NCBI GenBank assembly: GCA_964609585.1
Contig: CAZSRA010000001.1
Span: forward strand, 287,290-351,289
DNA from: an uncultured Candidatus Saccharimonadales bacterium
GTDB taxonomy: Bacteria; Patescibacteriota; Saccharimonadia; UBA4664
Direction of reading: 5' to 3'
DNA: 64,000 nucleotides
Positions 7,642-17,377 of this stretch are shown one piece after another. The notes under the pieces were generated by a model, which made no database searches, was not told where the DNA came from, and saw only the letters and a list, made by a program, of their open reading frames with translations. Every line of letters starts with the position of its first letter. The stretch's first letter is position 1. The position numbers and the translations under genes are program-made.

Positions 7642-10029
7642 ATGGATATCACCGTTACAAAGCGTGATGGCACAAAACAGCCATATGACGCAAATAAAAT
7701 CAACACAGCGCTGGAGCGAGCCAGTCGTGGACTCGATGACCAAATTGGTATGGTGGTTCAGGTAGCTACCGAGGTGAGCTTGACGCTGTTTGACGGCATT
7801 ACCACGGAGGAGCTCGATGAAGCTGTTATTCAAACAGCTTTGCAGAATGTAAAAGAAGATCCGGCGTTTGATACGATTGCCGCTCGACTGCTGCTTAAAA
7901 CCATATACAAGCGAGTACTGGGTGATTACGAGACAGACGCGGAGCTCAAGAAACTGCATGCCGACAAGTTTGTGAGCTATGTGCGAGCTGGCGTGAAGAG
8001 TGGTCTTTTGGACGAGCGGATGGCGCAGGCCAGCTTCGACTTGAAGAAGTTGGCGGCGGCGATTGATCCGAAACGGGATGATTTGCTGCGGTACCTGGGG
8101 GTGGTGACGACGCGTAATCGCTATAGCCTGCGCAGCACAGACGGTGAACTGCTTGAGGTGCCACAATTTAGTTTGATGCGCGTGGCTATGGGTCTTGCTT
8201 ACAATGAAGCCGATCCGACGACGGTGGCTCTAGGTTTTTATGACAAGATGAGCCGGCTCGACTATTTGCCGGGTGGATCGACGCGGGTGAACGCGGGTAC
8301 GAAGTTTCCTCAGCTTGCCAACTGTTTCCTGATGGAGATGCAAGACGATATTGAGCATATCGCCAAATCCAACCGCGACATTATGTGGATGACTAAAGGT
8401 ACGGGCGGCATTGGCCTGTCGGTGACGAAGTTGCGGGCGGAAGGTTCACCGGTACATAGCAACAATACGTATTCGAGCGGCCCAATCCCCTTCATGCATA
8501 CGGTGGACTCGATTTTGCGAGCGATTTCGCGCAACGGGAAGAAGTTTGGCGCTCTGTGCTTCTATATGGAAAACTGGCACATCGATTTCCCGCAATTTTT
8601 GGACCTGAAACAAAACTCGGGTGATCCGTACCGACGTACTCGTACGGCCAACACCGCGGTGTGGATTTCCGATGAGTTTATGAAGCGGGTCAAAAATGAT
8701 GAAGCTTGGTACTTGTTTGATCCAGCTGAAACGCCCGATCTTAACGAGCTATATGGTGCGGCTTTCAGCAAGCGTTACGCGGAGTACGTGAAGCTGGCGG
8801 AAAGCGGTAAGATGCGCTTATTTAAGAAGATGGGCGCACGTGAGCAATTTAAGGCCATTTTGATCTCGCTGCAGACCACTTCGCACCCATGGCTTACCTG
8901 GAAAGACACGGTGAATAACCGGGCTCTCAACAACAACACGGGCACGATTCACATGAGTAATTTGTGCACAGAGATTTGTTTGCCGCAGGACCGCGAAAAT
9001 ATTGCGGTGTGCAACTTGGCCTCGATTAACTTGTCGGCGCATTTGGTGGAAGAGGCGCGCGATTTTGACTGGCAGCGGCTTGAAGCCAGTGTGCGATCGG
9101 CAGTGCGACAGCTCGACAATTTGATCGACATTACGGTGTCGAACATTGAAGAGGCGACACACTCAAACTTGCAAAACCGCGCGGTGGGCCTGGGGCTCAT
9201 GGGCTTTACGGACGTGACCGAACGGCTAGGAATGGCTTATGAGAGCGACGAAGCTTACGCGCTCATCGATAAGCTTGCTGAATTCATTAGCTACTATGCG
9301 ATTGATGAGAGTGCGAATTTGGCCAAGGAGCGTGGATCGTACCCTATGTACAAGGGCTCGCGGTGGAGTATGGGGCTGGTGCCGTTCGATACTCTTGCGG
9401 AAACAGCCAAGGATCGGCGTGTCAAAATTACGGTGGACCAAAAAGCCAGGCTCGATTGGGACAAGCTGCGGATAAAAGTAAAGAAGGGTGTGCGCAACGC
9501 TACGCTCATGGCGGTGGCGCCGACGGCCAATATGGCTCACACGGCCGGTACGACTCCGGGGATTGATCCGCAGTTTTCGCAAATCTTTAGCCGGGCGACA
9601 CTGAGCGGCAAATTTTTGGAAGTAAACGTGAACTTGGTGGCGGCGCTCAAGAAGCTAGGACTATGGGCTCAGGTGCGCGAGGACATTTTGCGAGCGCAGG
9701 GCGACATTCAGGACATTGAAGCGATTCCGGACGTGATTAAAGCAGTGTACAAGACATCGTTTCAGCTCTCGCCCTATGCGTTCATTGAGGTGGCGGCGCG
9801 CGCGCAGAAATGGATCGACCAGGCGCTGTCGCGCAATATGTATCTTGAAACACGCGACGTAGATGAGATGATGAAGATCTATTCTACGGCCTGGGAGAAG
9901 GGTCTTAAAACCACCTATTACCTGCATGTAAAGCCCAGACATACGGCGGAGCAGAGCACGGTGAAGGTAAATAAGTCGGAGGACATTGTAGCGCGCAAAC
10001 CTGGTTTTGGCTTCGGATTCGGTAAATAG
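7642..10029 (+). CDS. nrdA: Ribonucleoside-diphosphate reductase class I alpha subunit with N-terminal ATP-cone
   Basis: ATP-cone VTKRDGTKQPYDANKI at the N-terminus and a class I large-subunit core (795 aa). GAGAGGGG SD 6 nt upstream of the ATG at 7642; the tracked ORF extends upstream in frame through non-coding-looking sequence. Confidence 0.9.
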   Translation: MDITVTKRDGTKQPYDANKINTALERASRGLDDQIGMVVQVATEVSLTLFDGITTEELDEAVIQTALQNVKEDPAFDTIAARLLLKTIYKRVLGDYETDAELKKLHADKFVSYVRAGVKSGLLDERMAQASFDLKKLAAAIDPKRDDLLRYLGVVTTRNRYSLRSTDGELLEVPQFSLMRVAMGLAYNEADPTTVALGFYDKMSRLDYLPGGSTRVNAGTKFPQLANCFLMEMQDDIEHIAKSNRDIMWMTKGTGGIGLSVTKLRAEGSPVHSNNTYSSGPIPFMHTVDSILRAISRNGKKFGALCFYMENWHIDFPQFLDLKQNSGDPYRRTRTANTAVWISDEFMKRVKNDEAWYLFDPAETPDLNELYGAAFSKRYAEYVKLAESGKMRLFKKMGAREQFKAILISLQTTSHPWLTWKDTVNNRALNNNTGTIHMSNLCTEICLPQDRENIAVCNLASINLSAHLVEEARDFDWQRLEASVRSAVRQLDNLIDITVSNIEEATHSNLQNRAVGLGLMGFTDVTERLGMAYESDEAYALIDKLAEFISYYAIDESANLAKERGSYPMYKGSRWSMGLVPFDTLAETAKDRRVKITVDQKARLDWDKLRIKVKKGVRNATLMAVAPTANMAHTAGTTPGIDPQFSQIFSRATLSGKFLEVNVNLVAALKKLGLWAQVREDILRAQGDIQDIEAIPDVIKAVYKTSFQLSPYAFIEVAARAQKWIDQALSRNMYLETRDVDEMMKIYSTAWEKGLKTTYYLHVKPRHTAEQSTVKVNKSEDIVARKPGFGFGFGK

Positions 10030-10063
10030 TTTTTAAAACGTATATAAGAGGGAGATTATTGCG

Positions 10064-10270
10064 ATGGGATTTAACAACAATGCTGTAGCTGAGGCGGATG
10101 TAACGACTGAGGCAACCGATGAAGTGGCTGCTAGGCTTGCTGCTATTGCCGAGGCGGTAGCGGCCCGCACGCAGGGTATGACCGACAATGCACCAGCACG
10201 CAATTTGAGCGAGGGCATGGCTTGCCCGGTAGATCCAGCTGAACGCGCGCTGTGCGATAGCTGCCAGTAG
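10064..10270 (+). CDS. Small acidic Ala-rich protein (68 aa) with C-terminal Cys cluster, between nrdA and nrdB
   Basis: Strong SD AAGAGGGAG 9 nt upstream of the ATG; C-terminus ...MACPVDPAERALCDSCQ. The antisense ORF covering the same span is low-complexity. Confidence 0.4.
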   Translation: MGFNNNAVAEADVTTEATDEVAARLAAIAEAVAARTQGMTDNAPARNLSEGMACPVDPAERALCDSCQ

Positions 10271-10303
10271 AACATATTAACTAGTAGGGGCGACAAGAGA
10301 TTT

Positions 10304-11320
10304 ATGAAGATTTTAGGATCAGGTATTCAAGACGGATTACTTTTAAAACCCATACATTATCAATGGGCCTACGATTTGTATAACCAGGCCGTGGCAAATA
10401 CTTGGTTTCCTAACGAGATTCAGTTGGGCGAAGATCTGGCCGACTGGAAGAAGATGAGCGATGAGGAGCGGCACGCACTCACCTTTCTTATGAGTTACTT
10501 CAACCCGAATGAGCTCTTGGTGAACAAAGCGCTAGCGTTTGGCGTATATCCGTACATTAATGCGGCTGAGTGCCATTTGTATCTGGCTAAGCAAATGTGG
10601 GAAGAGGCCAACCACTGCATGAGCTTTGAATATGTGCTGGAGACATTTCCGATTGACCGCGAGCAAGCATATGCGGCGCATGTGGACACGCCAAGCATGG
10701 CGCGCAAGGAAGCGTTTGAGGTTAAATACATCAAACGTATGACGGAGCAGACGCTTGATATTGCGACGACCGAAGGCAAAAAAGATTTTGTGCGCAACTT
10801 GGTGGCCTACAACATTATCCTAGAGGGCATTTGGTTTTATAGTGGGTTTATGGTGGCGCTTAGCTTCCGTCAGCGCAATCTGCTGCGTAACTTTGGGTCG
10901 CTGATCGACTGGATTGTACGGGATGAGAGCTTGCATTTGAAGTTTGGTATTAATTTGATTTTGACCGTACTTGATGAGAACGAAGATTTGCAGACGCCGG
11001 AATTTGCGGACGAAATTAAGCAGATGATCCTGGACGGTGTCGAGATGGAGACAAAGTACAATGAAGATTTGCTGCCAAACGGAATTTTGGGACTGAATGC
11101 GAGCTACATTAATCAGTACGTGAAATATTTGGCTGATCGCCGCCTGGAAGAGCTTGGTTTTGGATCGCACTACAACGTGAGTAATCCGGCTAAATGGATG
11201 GCGACGGCCAACGATACACTGCAGCTCGTGAATTTCTTTGAGGCTACTAACACGAGTTATGAGGTAAACGCCCAGGCTGGCGGCGCAGGCTCTGGTTCGA
11301 AGGAGCGCAAAGATGGCTAG
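10304..11320 (+). CDS. nrdB: Ribonucleotide reductase class I beta subunit; ligand pattern E70 / E101-x-x-H104 / F108 / E...ESLH suggests a class Ic-like (tyrosyl-radical-free) R2
   Basis: Ferritin-like di-metal motifs WEEANH and RDESLH. With E101/H104 aligned to the canonical ExxH, the residue at the radical-Tyr position (H+4) is Phe (HCMSF). The first ligand, 31 residues upstream, is Glu (NPNE), not Asp. Confidence 0.85.
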   Translation: MKILGSGIQDGLLLKPIHYQWAYDLYNQAVANTWFPNEIQLGEDLADWKKMSDEERHALTFLMSYFNPNELLVNKALAFGVYPYINAAECHLYLAKQMWEEANHCMSFEYVLETFPIDREQAYAAHVDTPSMARKEAFEVKYIKRMTEQTLDIATTEGKKDFVRNLVAYNIILEGIWFYSGFMVALSFRQRNLLRNFGSLIDWIVRDESLHLKFGINLILTVLDENEDLQTPEFADEIKQMILDGVEMETKYNEDLLPNGILGLNASYINQYVKYLADRRLEELGFGSHYNVSNPAKWMATANDTLQLVNFFEATNTSYEVNAQAGGAGSGSKERKDG

Positions 11321-11443
11321 GCGTAGGTTTGGCGTTACGCGTCATACCCCGGGTTCGATGCATGAGCTCATGGAGCTGCCACTGACTCGAGCGGTTGTGA
11401 TGAGCGAGCTTGTGCTTTTGATGTGGGTACTCGTTGTGAAGCG

Positions 11444-12709
11444 ATGAGCCGCAAGGTTTTGGTGCCCGATGGCGCTTCGTTCCTACGGAAGCTGCTAGCG
11501 TTTTCGGGGCCAGGGTATTTGGTGGCGGTTGGGTATATGGATCCGGGCAACTGGGCGACCGATTTGGCGGGTGGATCGGGATTTGGTTATAGCTTGTTGT
11601 TTGTGGTGCTTGTGTCGAGCGTGATGGCGATGTTTTTGCAGTATTTGGCTATCAAGCTCGGTGTGGTTACGGGCAAGAATTTGGCACAGCTGTGCGGTGA
11701 GGTATTTCCAAGGCCAGTGAGGCTGGGATTGTGGGCGATGGCGGAAACAATGATCGTCGCTTGCGACTTGGCGGAAGTGATTGGTACGGCGATCGCGCTT
11801 AATTTACTGTTTCATATTCCGCTAATGATCGGTGTGATTTTGACAGCCGGAGATGTCTTGGTGCTTTTGGTGTTGCAACGAAGAGGCGTGCGATCGCTTG
11901 AGGCACTGGTGATAACACTTGTGATCACAGTACTTGTGTGTTTCGGCTTGGAACTGGTGTTTTCGGCACCTCAGCTTGCGGCATTGTGGGGTGGATTTCT
12001 GCCAACCACCGAGATATTTTCGCGGTCGGATATGCTGTATGTGGCGGTTGGAATTGTGGGGGCTACGGTGATGCCGCACAACTTGTATTTGCACTCGGCC
12101 GTGGTGCAGTCACGCCAGATTGGTTCGAGTGAGGCAGCGAAGCGCGAGGCGATCCGGTTTGCGACGATTGATTCGACGTTAGCCTTAACGCTTGCGGCTT
12201 TTGTAAACATGGCGATTTTGGCCGTAGCGGCAGCTACCTTTTTTGCTCATGGTCGAACGGGAGTAGTGGAGATTGGTGAGGCGTATCGATTGCTTACTCC
12301 CCTACTCGGTGTGGGGGCGGCGAGTGTAGTGTTTGCCGTGGCGTTGCTGGCCTCGGGTCAAACCTCGACTATTACGGGAACGATGGCGGGGCAGGTTATT
12401 ATGGAGGGTTTCCTGCATCTGCACATGCGTCCGTGGATTCGGCGGCTTATTACGCGGGGGCTCGCGATTGTACCGGCGGTGGTAGTTGTGGTTTTGTATG
12501 GAGGTTCGGGACTCTCGAAATTGCTTATTTTGAGCCAAGTGATCTTGAGTGTGCAATTGTCGTTTGCGGTGTGGCCGTTGGTGGTTTTTACGAGTCGAAA
12601 GAAATGGGTGGGGGTGTTTGCAAATTCTAGTCTTATGAGACTAGCAGCGGGCGGCGTGGCGGCGTTGATATCAAGCTTGAATCTGTGGCTAGTATTAAAA
12701 CTCGTTTGA
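11444..12709 (+). CDS. mntH: Nramp-family divalent metal (Mn2+/Fe2+) transporter
   Basis: Signature GPGYLVAVGYMDPGNWATDLAGG (DPGN motif) and 11-12 TM helices. Start is ambiguous: ATG at 11444 (MSRKVL) or GTG at 11423. Confidence 0.8.
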   Translation: MSRKVLVPDGASFLRKLLAFSGPGYLVAVGYMDPGNWATDLAGGSGFGYSLLFVVLVSSVMAMFLQYLAIKLGVVTGKNLAQLCGEVFPRPVRLGLWAMAETMIVACDLAEVIGTAIALNLLFHIPLMIGVILTAGDVLVLLVLQRRGVRSLEALVITLVITVLVCFGLELVFSAPQLAALWGGFLPTTEIFSRSDMLYVAVGIVGATVMPHNLYLHSAVVQSRQIGSSEAAKREAIRFATIDSTLALTLAAFVNMAILAVAAATFFAHGRTGVVEIGEAYRLLTPLLGVGAASVVFAVALLASGQTSTITGTMAGQVIMEGFLHLHMRPWIRRLITRGLAIVPAVVVVVLYGGSGLSKLLILSQVILSVQLSFAVWPLVVFTSRKKWVGVFANSSLMRLAAGGVAALISSLNLWLVLKLV

Positions 12710-12846
12710 TGGGCGAGATCTATTTATTTTTGGCTGTTAATCTGAAAAAAGTATGCTATATTTGTCGGCGGCCTCGGTAACGAGGCCTGTTCTCGCAAAA
12801 AACCATCCCATCCGTTTCCCGAAAGTGCTTGGAGGTGTTCGCACCT

Positions 12847-13971
12847 ATGTCACTACTGATGCTTGGGCATATGTCACACAAGGCAATGCTCTACGGTGCA
12901 ATGTACGCCCTGCTATCCTCGATCCACAAGCCCCTCATCAAGGTAACGAGGAAGAGCCTCGGCCACCCGGCCACGAGGTCCGATCCGCGCAACTTCGTGC
13001 TCATCAACGCTATGTACGCGACGGTGCTCTTGGCCGTCATTACGGGGATTCTACTACTGGTCTTCCCCGTCCCGCACGTGGACCCGATGTTGTTCTTGCT
13101 TCCGGCACTCCTGGCTGGCTGCCTGCAATTCATCGGTGGGACTCAGGGCACGGCGGCATTTGAAGAGGGTAATCTGGGCCTGATCGTGCCGTTTAACGGC
13201 CTGGTTCCCCTGGTTCAATTGTTCATCGTGTGGGGGGTCAAGGGACGGGAACCCAAGATCGTCGGGCTCATTGGCGTGGCGCTCGTGGCGTTTGGGGTTT
13301 TCGTTGCTTACCAGAAGAAGGCGGCTGCGGCCAGCCCTGCTCCGGTGGCTGTGGCGGGGGCTCCTCGTACTTGGCTGGGGCGATCTTTGTATGGCCACCC
13401 AGGTCGACGCTACGGGATTGCGCTGACAGCTTGGACGATCTACGCTTTCCCGCTGACCTCGGCTACGGGGGCTATCACCTCGAAGTTCTACCCGGCGGCG
13501 CAGCACAAGCTGCCGCCAGTCGCGCCGTACCTCACATCGGGTGTGGTGCTGCTCGTGATGACGGTTCTCGGAACGATTCACTGCTACTACAACCGAGTGG
13601 TGGAGCTTCAGGACCTAGCCGTCGCTACCGGTAGCGGTTCTACGGGTTTGCTCAAAGAGGCCTTCATCGAGATGAGACGATCGGTGCGGAGTGGCGCAGT
13701 GGAGCTGCGTCGCCTGTTCGTCATCAGCGCCTCTTTGGTTGCGATCGAGCAGTACTTCGAGCTCACCGGTCTTTGGATCGGGCCGATTCCGGCAGTATCG
13801 GCGCTGTTTAAGCTCTCGATCTTCTTCAACGTGCCGATGAGTTGGCTCGTCTTCTGGTGCTTCTCCAAGTTTGGCCGCAGGAGATGGGGGGTTGAGCCAG
13901 GTGAGCGGCTAACGCTCCGCATCATAGTCACGGCGATCTTGGTCACCTTTGGGGCCATTCTGATCGGCTAA
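12847..13971 (+). CDS. Polytopic membrane protein, function unknown (G+C-rich gene)
   Basis: GGAGGTG SD at 12831-12837, 9 nt before the ATG at 12847 (MSLLMLGH...); the tracked ORF begins at an upstream TTG. Multiple hydrophobic helices; G+C is higher than neighbours by eye. Confidence 0.55.
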   Translation: MSLLMLGHMSHKAMLYGAMYALLSSIHKPLIKVTRKSLGHPATRSDPRNFVLINAMYATVLLAVITGILLLVFPVPHVDPMLFLLPALLAGCLQFIGGTQGTAAFEEGNLGLIVPFNGLVPLVQLFIVWGVKGREPKIVGLIGVALVAFGVFVAYQKKAAAASPAPVAVAGAPRTWLGRSLYGHPGRRYGIALTAWTIYAFPLTSATGAITSKFYPAAQHKLPPVAPYLTSGVVLLVMTVLGTIHCYYNRVVELQDLAVATGSGSTGLLKEAFIEMRRSVRSGAVELRRLFVISASLVAIEQYFELTGLWIGPIPAVSALFKLSIFFNVPMSWLVFWCFSKFGRRRWGVEPGERLTLRIIVTAILVTFGAILIG

Positions 13972-14127
13972 CAGGTTTTTTTGCGGGAGGAGCCGGCCGC
14001 TGGACTTAAGGGTGAGAACTCTAGAGTTTGGCGCGCCGGCTTTTCGCGTTTTTAACTTTGGGCTGGAATTGACGGCTGCATCACTGATTTATCGACGCCG
14101 TAAGAAATTCTTAAGAAGCAAGACACA

Positions 14128-14577
14128 TCATGAACGAGTTGGCTCAACGTTTGGGCCAAGAAAATACTCAAGTCGTTTTGAATGGCCGGCGGATCCTGTG
14201 CGTTCACGTTCTTTGTCGGCTGCGACTGCATCAAACCATGATTGCGGCGACGTGGTGTGTGGATCGAACTTGGCACCCCAGGTTGCAAGTTCTGCGAGAA
14301 TAGGCGCGATTGCCAAGCCCTTTTCGGTTACATAATAGAAGTCTTTGCGCTTATCGGTGTCGTGGGGTCTTTTGGCTACGATCCCCTGCTCTTCTAGGCG
14401 GGCAAGGCGAACGGTGAGTACTTGGGTGGAGATGCCTTCTTTTGAATTTAGGAATTCACCGTAGGTGTGTTTGTCGCGGTCGACAATATCGCGAATGATA
14501 AGCAGTGACCATGGGTCGCCAAATGCTTCGAGGGAGAAATTAATGGGGCAATGAGATTTGGTATCTGTGCGCTTCAT
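14128..14577 (-). CDS. HxlR-family winged-helix transcriptional regulator
   Basis: CPINFSLEAFGDPWSLLIIRDI...YGEF....GISTQVLTVRLARLEEQGIV is the typical HxlR/MarR-like wHTH core. It is divergent from the amidase gene. Confidence 0.7.
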   Translation of the reverse strand: MKRTDTKSHCPINFSLEAFGDPWSLLIIRDIVDRDKHTYGEFLNSKEGISTQVLTVRLARLEEQGIVAKRPHDTDKRKDFYYVTEKGLAIAPILAELATWGAKFDPHTTSPQSWFDAVAADKERERTGSAGHSKRLEYFLGPNVEPTRS

Positions 14578-14631
14578 GGTTTCATTATAGCATAGTTTAC
14601 TTTAATAATCAAAGTATGATATGCTCCCGTT

Positions 14632-15849
14632 ATGAATAAGAACTATCATTTTCAAACTATCAACGATTTAAGCGCCCTGATTCGAGAAGGCAAGGTGTCG
14701 CCGGTAGATCTCGTGAAAGAATGCCTCGATAGGATCGAGAAGCTTAACCCGACTCTTAATGCCTTCATTACGGTGACGGCCGAGCAGGCCTTGGCCGATG
14801 CGAAAATGGCTGAAGAGGAAATTAAGGCTGGCAAGTGGCGCGGACCTTTGCATGGTATTCCAGTGGCGTTTAAGGATTTGTACGACACAGCTGGCATTAA
14901 AACGACAGCAGCTTTTGAGCATTTTCAGAACCGGGTTCCGAAGAAGGATGCTGTCGCCGTTACGAAACTCAAGGAAGCGGGCGCGATTATCGTCGGCAAA
15001 ACCAATATGCATATGCTTGCGATGGGGACTACCTCGAATGTGAGTTTTTATGGGCCGGTGCATAATCCATGGAACGAAGCATATATTGCTGGTGGTTCCT
15101 CGGGTGGTTCGGCGGCCGCGGTGGCTGCTGGTATGTGTTTTGCTACTATCGATACGGACGCGATCGGGTCTTGTCGGTTGCCCGCGGCTTGTTGCGGCGT
15201 TGTAGGCTATAAATGTACCTGGGGTTTGATCGACAACACTGGTATTTTGGACGGAGAGCAGGCGGATCCGATGATTATTAAGCTTGCAACCGTCGGGATT
15301 ACGACGCGGGATGTAGCCGATACGGCATTGGTGGCGGATGTGCTTGCCGGGAAGGCTTTCGCTGAATCTACGATTCAGAGTGAGGCTAAGCCGCGGATTG
15401 GCGTGGTAGTGAACTTTGGCGCGACAGATCCAGTGCGAGCAGCTTTCAACCGAGCCGCCGAGACATTTAAGAAGCTTGGCTATGACTTAACTGAGGTGAG
15501 CGCTCCTTTTAGCGAGAATCCTGACATGCAGGCCATCGACGCGAGCCGCGCTACGGCAAATGCGGACGTTTTTAAAGACGTTGACGTGCTGATTTTGCCC
15601 ACAACCGCAAGCGAAGTGCTCACGGCTTCAGCCGCAGGCGAGAATCCTCAGGCCTTGTCGCCTCAGAATACGTTTTTTGCTAATTACTTGGCTTTGCCTG
15701 CTGTTTCGGTGCCCAACGGCTTTGATGAGACTGGATTGCCAATTGGACTGCAAGTGGTGGGCAAGCAGGACGACGACGCAATGGTACTGAGGGTAGCAGA
15801 AGTATTCCAGAGTGCGACGAAATGGCACGATGAGCACCCGGCGATTTAA
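14632..15849 (+). CDS. Amidase-signature family amidase (GatA-like, short)
   Basis: Amidase signature GGSSGGSAAAVAAG plus catalytic Lys/Ser context (VAFKDLYDTAGIKTT). Confidence 0.8.
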   Translation: MNKNYHFQTINDLSALIREGKVSPVDLVKECLDRIEKLNPTLNAFITVTAEQALADAKMAEEEIKAGKWRGPLHGIPVAFKDLYDTAGIKTTAAFEHFQNRVPKKDAVAVTKLKEAGAIIVGKTNMHMLAMGTTSNVSFYGPVHNPWNEAYIAGGSSGGSAAAVAAGMCFATIDTDAIGSCRLPAACCGVVGYKCTWGLIDNTGILDGEQADPMIIKLATVGITTRDVADTALVADVLAGKAFAESTIQSEAKPRIGVVVNFGATDPVRAAFNRAAETFKKLGYDLTEVSAPFSENPDMQAIDASRATANADVFKDVDVLILPTTASEVLTASAAGENPQALSPQNTFFANYLALPAVSVPNGFDETGLPIGLQVVGKQDDDAMVLRVAEVFQSATKWHDEHPAI

Positions 15850-15856
15850 GGCTTTT

Positions 15857-17377
15857 TTAAGCGTATCCGGAGAAGAAATCAATCTTGATATTGCGACGGT
15901 GCACCCCTAGCTCGGCTAAATTTGTCTTCATGGCTTGTACCATGGAGTAGGTGCCAGAAATGTAGAACGTTCGCTCTAGATAGTCGGGCACTGTTTGCTT
16001 AATGAGCTCTGGTGTGATTCTGCCCGAGATGGTGTATGGGAGTCCTAAGACGTCCGTTTGCTGGGATAGGACATACGTGATATTTAGGCCTAGGGTGATG
16101 CGAGCTTGTTCGAATATCTCTTGGTAGGCAAGATCCTTTTGGTTTTGTGCTGAGTAGAGCATGGTGATAGTTCTGAGCTCGTGCTTATCGAGTAAGTATT
16201 TGGTCATACTCCGGAAGGGGGTGATGCCGATGCCGCCGGCTAAAAAGACAAGCTTTTTGGATTGGTCGTCTGGCATAACGAAATCGCCGGCAAGCTGAGA
16301 GGCCACTATTTGGGTGTCTTGAGTTATGTTTAGAAGTGCTTGCTTGAACGTGCTGCTTGGGTGATAGAATTTGACGCCTATTCGGATATCGGGCTCAGTC
16401 GGTGACGAAGCGAGCGTGAGGTAGCGCCGACTGCCGCGGGCGTCGGCGTGCTTGTGCGGTAACGTCCATTCGAGATATTGGCCAGGTTTGTAGTTGACGG
16501 GTTTGCCGGGCGAAAAGATAAAATCGGCTGTATTGCTGGCGATGGTTAAGCGTTGCTTGAAGGCAGGGAATAATTTGAATTTTGGACTTACGATGTATGC
16601 GAAGACGTTTCCAATGATTAGAGCGAGCTCTGGTGACGAGTAAAATTTGAGAATATGCACTTGAGGCGGGAGTAATGCGGCTACGAGAGCGGCGTACCAA
16701 AGTTGTTTTGTTTGGGTTGGCGGGGAGGTTTGAGGTTCTGTGAGCATAATAAAGCCGAGGAAAAAGACCGGTGAGCTAAGCATCATATTCTGCAAGCTTG
16801 CCAGAATGTTGCCAGAGCTAAAGAAAGAATAGGTAACGGTTGCAATTACTGAGACTGCGAAAAATCCGAGTATCATTGGTTCTTGTCGTAGTTTGCGCAT
16901 TATGAGAATTCCGCCGAGGATGACAAACGGCAACATAATGGCGGTGTCTACCCACCAGCTAGCGGTTTGTTTTGCACCAAGTGCCGTTAAGACGAGAGCT
17001 AGAGCGGCTGGGTTAAACAGATGTTTCTTGTTTATGGTTAAGAGGTATTTTGAAGCGATGGCCAGCCCGGAAGCCGCTAGCATAAAAATAATTCCAAAGC
17101 GGGTTAGGTCCGGTGTGATGATAAGAGCTAGAATCAAACCAGTAATGAGCGAAGATTCGCTATTGATGGGGGCCTCGAATACGTGTGCAAAAACGCGGTT
17201 TATAGCCCAGCAGGCGGCCACCAAAATTACGCTTGAGATGACGATATAGCTTGGGTTGTAGTGAAGATCACCTACGATCGCAAGGCCAACGGCGGCCAGC
17301 AATAGGCCCAAGAGATAGTAAAGGAGCAATCGGTACATCGTGATGGTATCGATAAAAGAATCGATTATTTTATACAT
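15857..17377 (-). CDS. Membrane-anchored FNR-like flavoprotein reductase (N-terminal ~8-TM domain + C-terminal FAD/NAD(P)-binding ferredoxin-reductase fold)
   Basis: C-terminal RRYLTLASSP (RxYS FAD motif) and LVFLAGGIGITPFRSM (NAD(P) GxGxxP motif). The N-terminal 280 aa are polytopic membrane, with no obvious bis-His heme pairs. Confidence 0.75.
   Translation of the reverse strand: MYKIIDSFIDTITMYRLLLYYLLGLLLAAVGLAIVGDLHYNPSYIVISSVILVAACWAINRVFAHVFEAPINSESSLITGLILALIITPDLTRFGIIFMLAASGLAIASKYLLTINKKHLFNPAALALVLTALGAKQTASWWVDTAIMLPFVILGGILIMRKLRQEPMILGFFAVSVIATVTYSFFSSGNILASLQNMMLSSPVFFLGFIMLTEPQTSPPTQTKQLWYAALVAALLPPQVHILKFYSSPELALIIGNVFAYIVSPKFKLFPAFKQRLTIASNTADFIFSPGKPVNYKPGQYLEWTLPHKHADARGSRRYLTLASSPTEPDIRIGVKFYHPSSTFKQALLNITQDTQIVASQLAGDFVMPDDQSKKLVFLAGGIGITPFRSMTKYLLDKHELRTITMLYSAQNQKDLAYQEIFEQARITLGLNITYVLSQQTDVLGLPYTISGRITPELIKQTVPDYLERTFYISGTYSMVQAMKTNLAELGVHRRNIKIDFFSGYA

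Noticed and set aside
10033-10296. 87-aa minus-strand ORF between nrdA and nrdB
   Set aside because: It is a low-complexity Ala/Ser-rich antisense translation of the SD-led plus-strand small ORF.
12753-13163. 136-aa plus-strand ORF overlapping the start of the membrane-protein gene
   Set aside because: It is in a different frame from the SD-led membrane ORF (12847) and Arg/Pro-rich, so an alternative-frame artefact of a G+C-rich gene.
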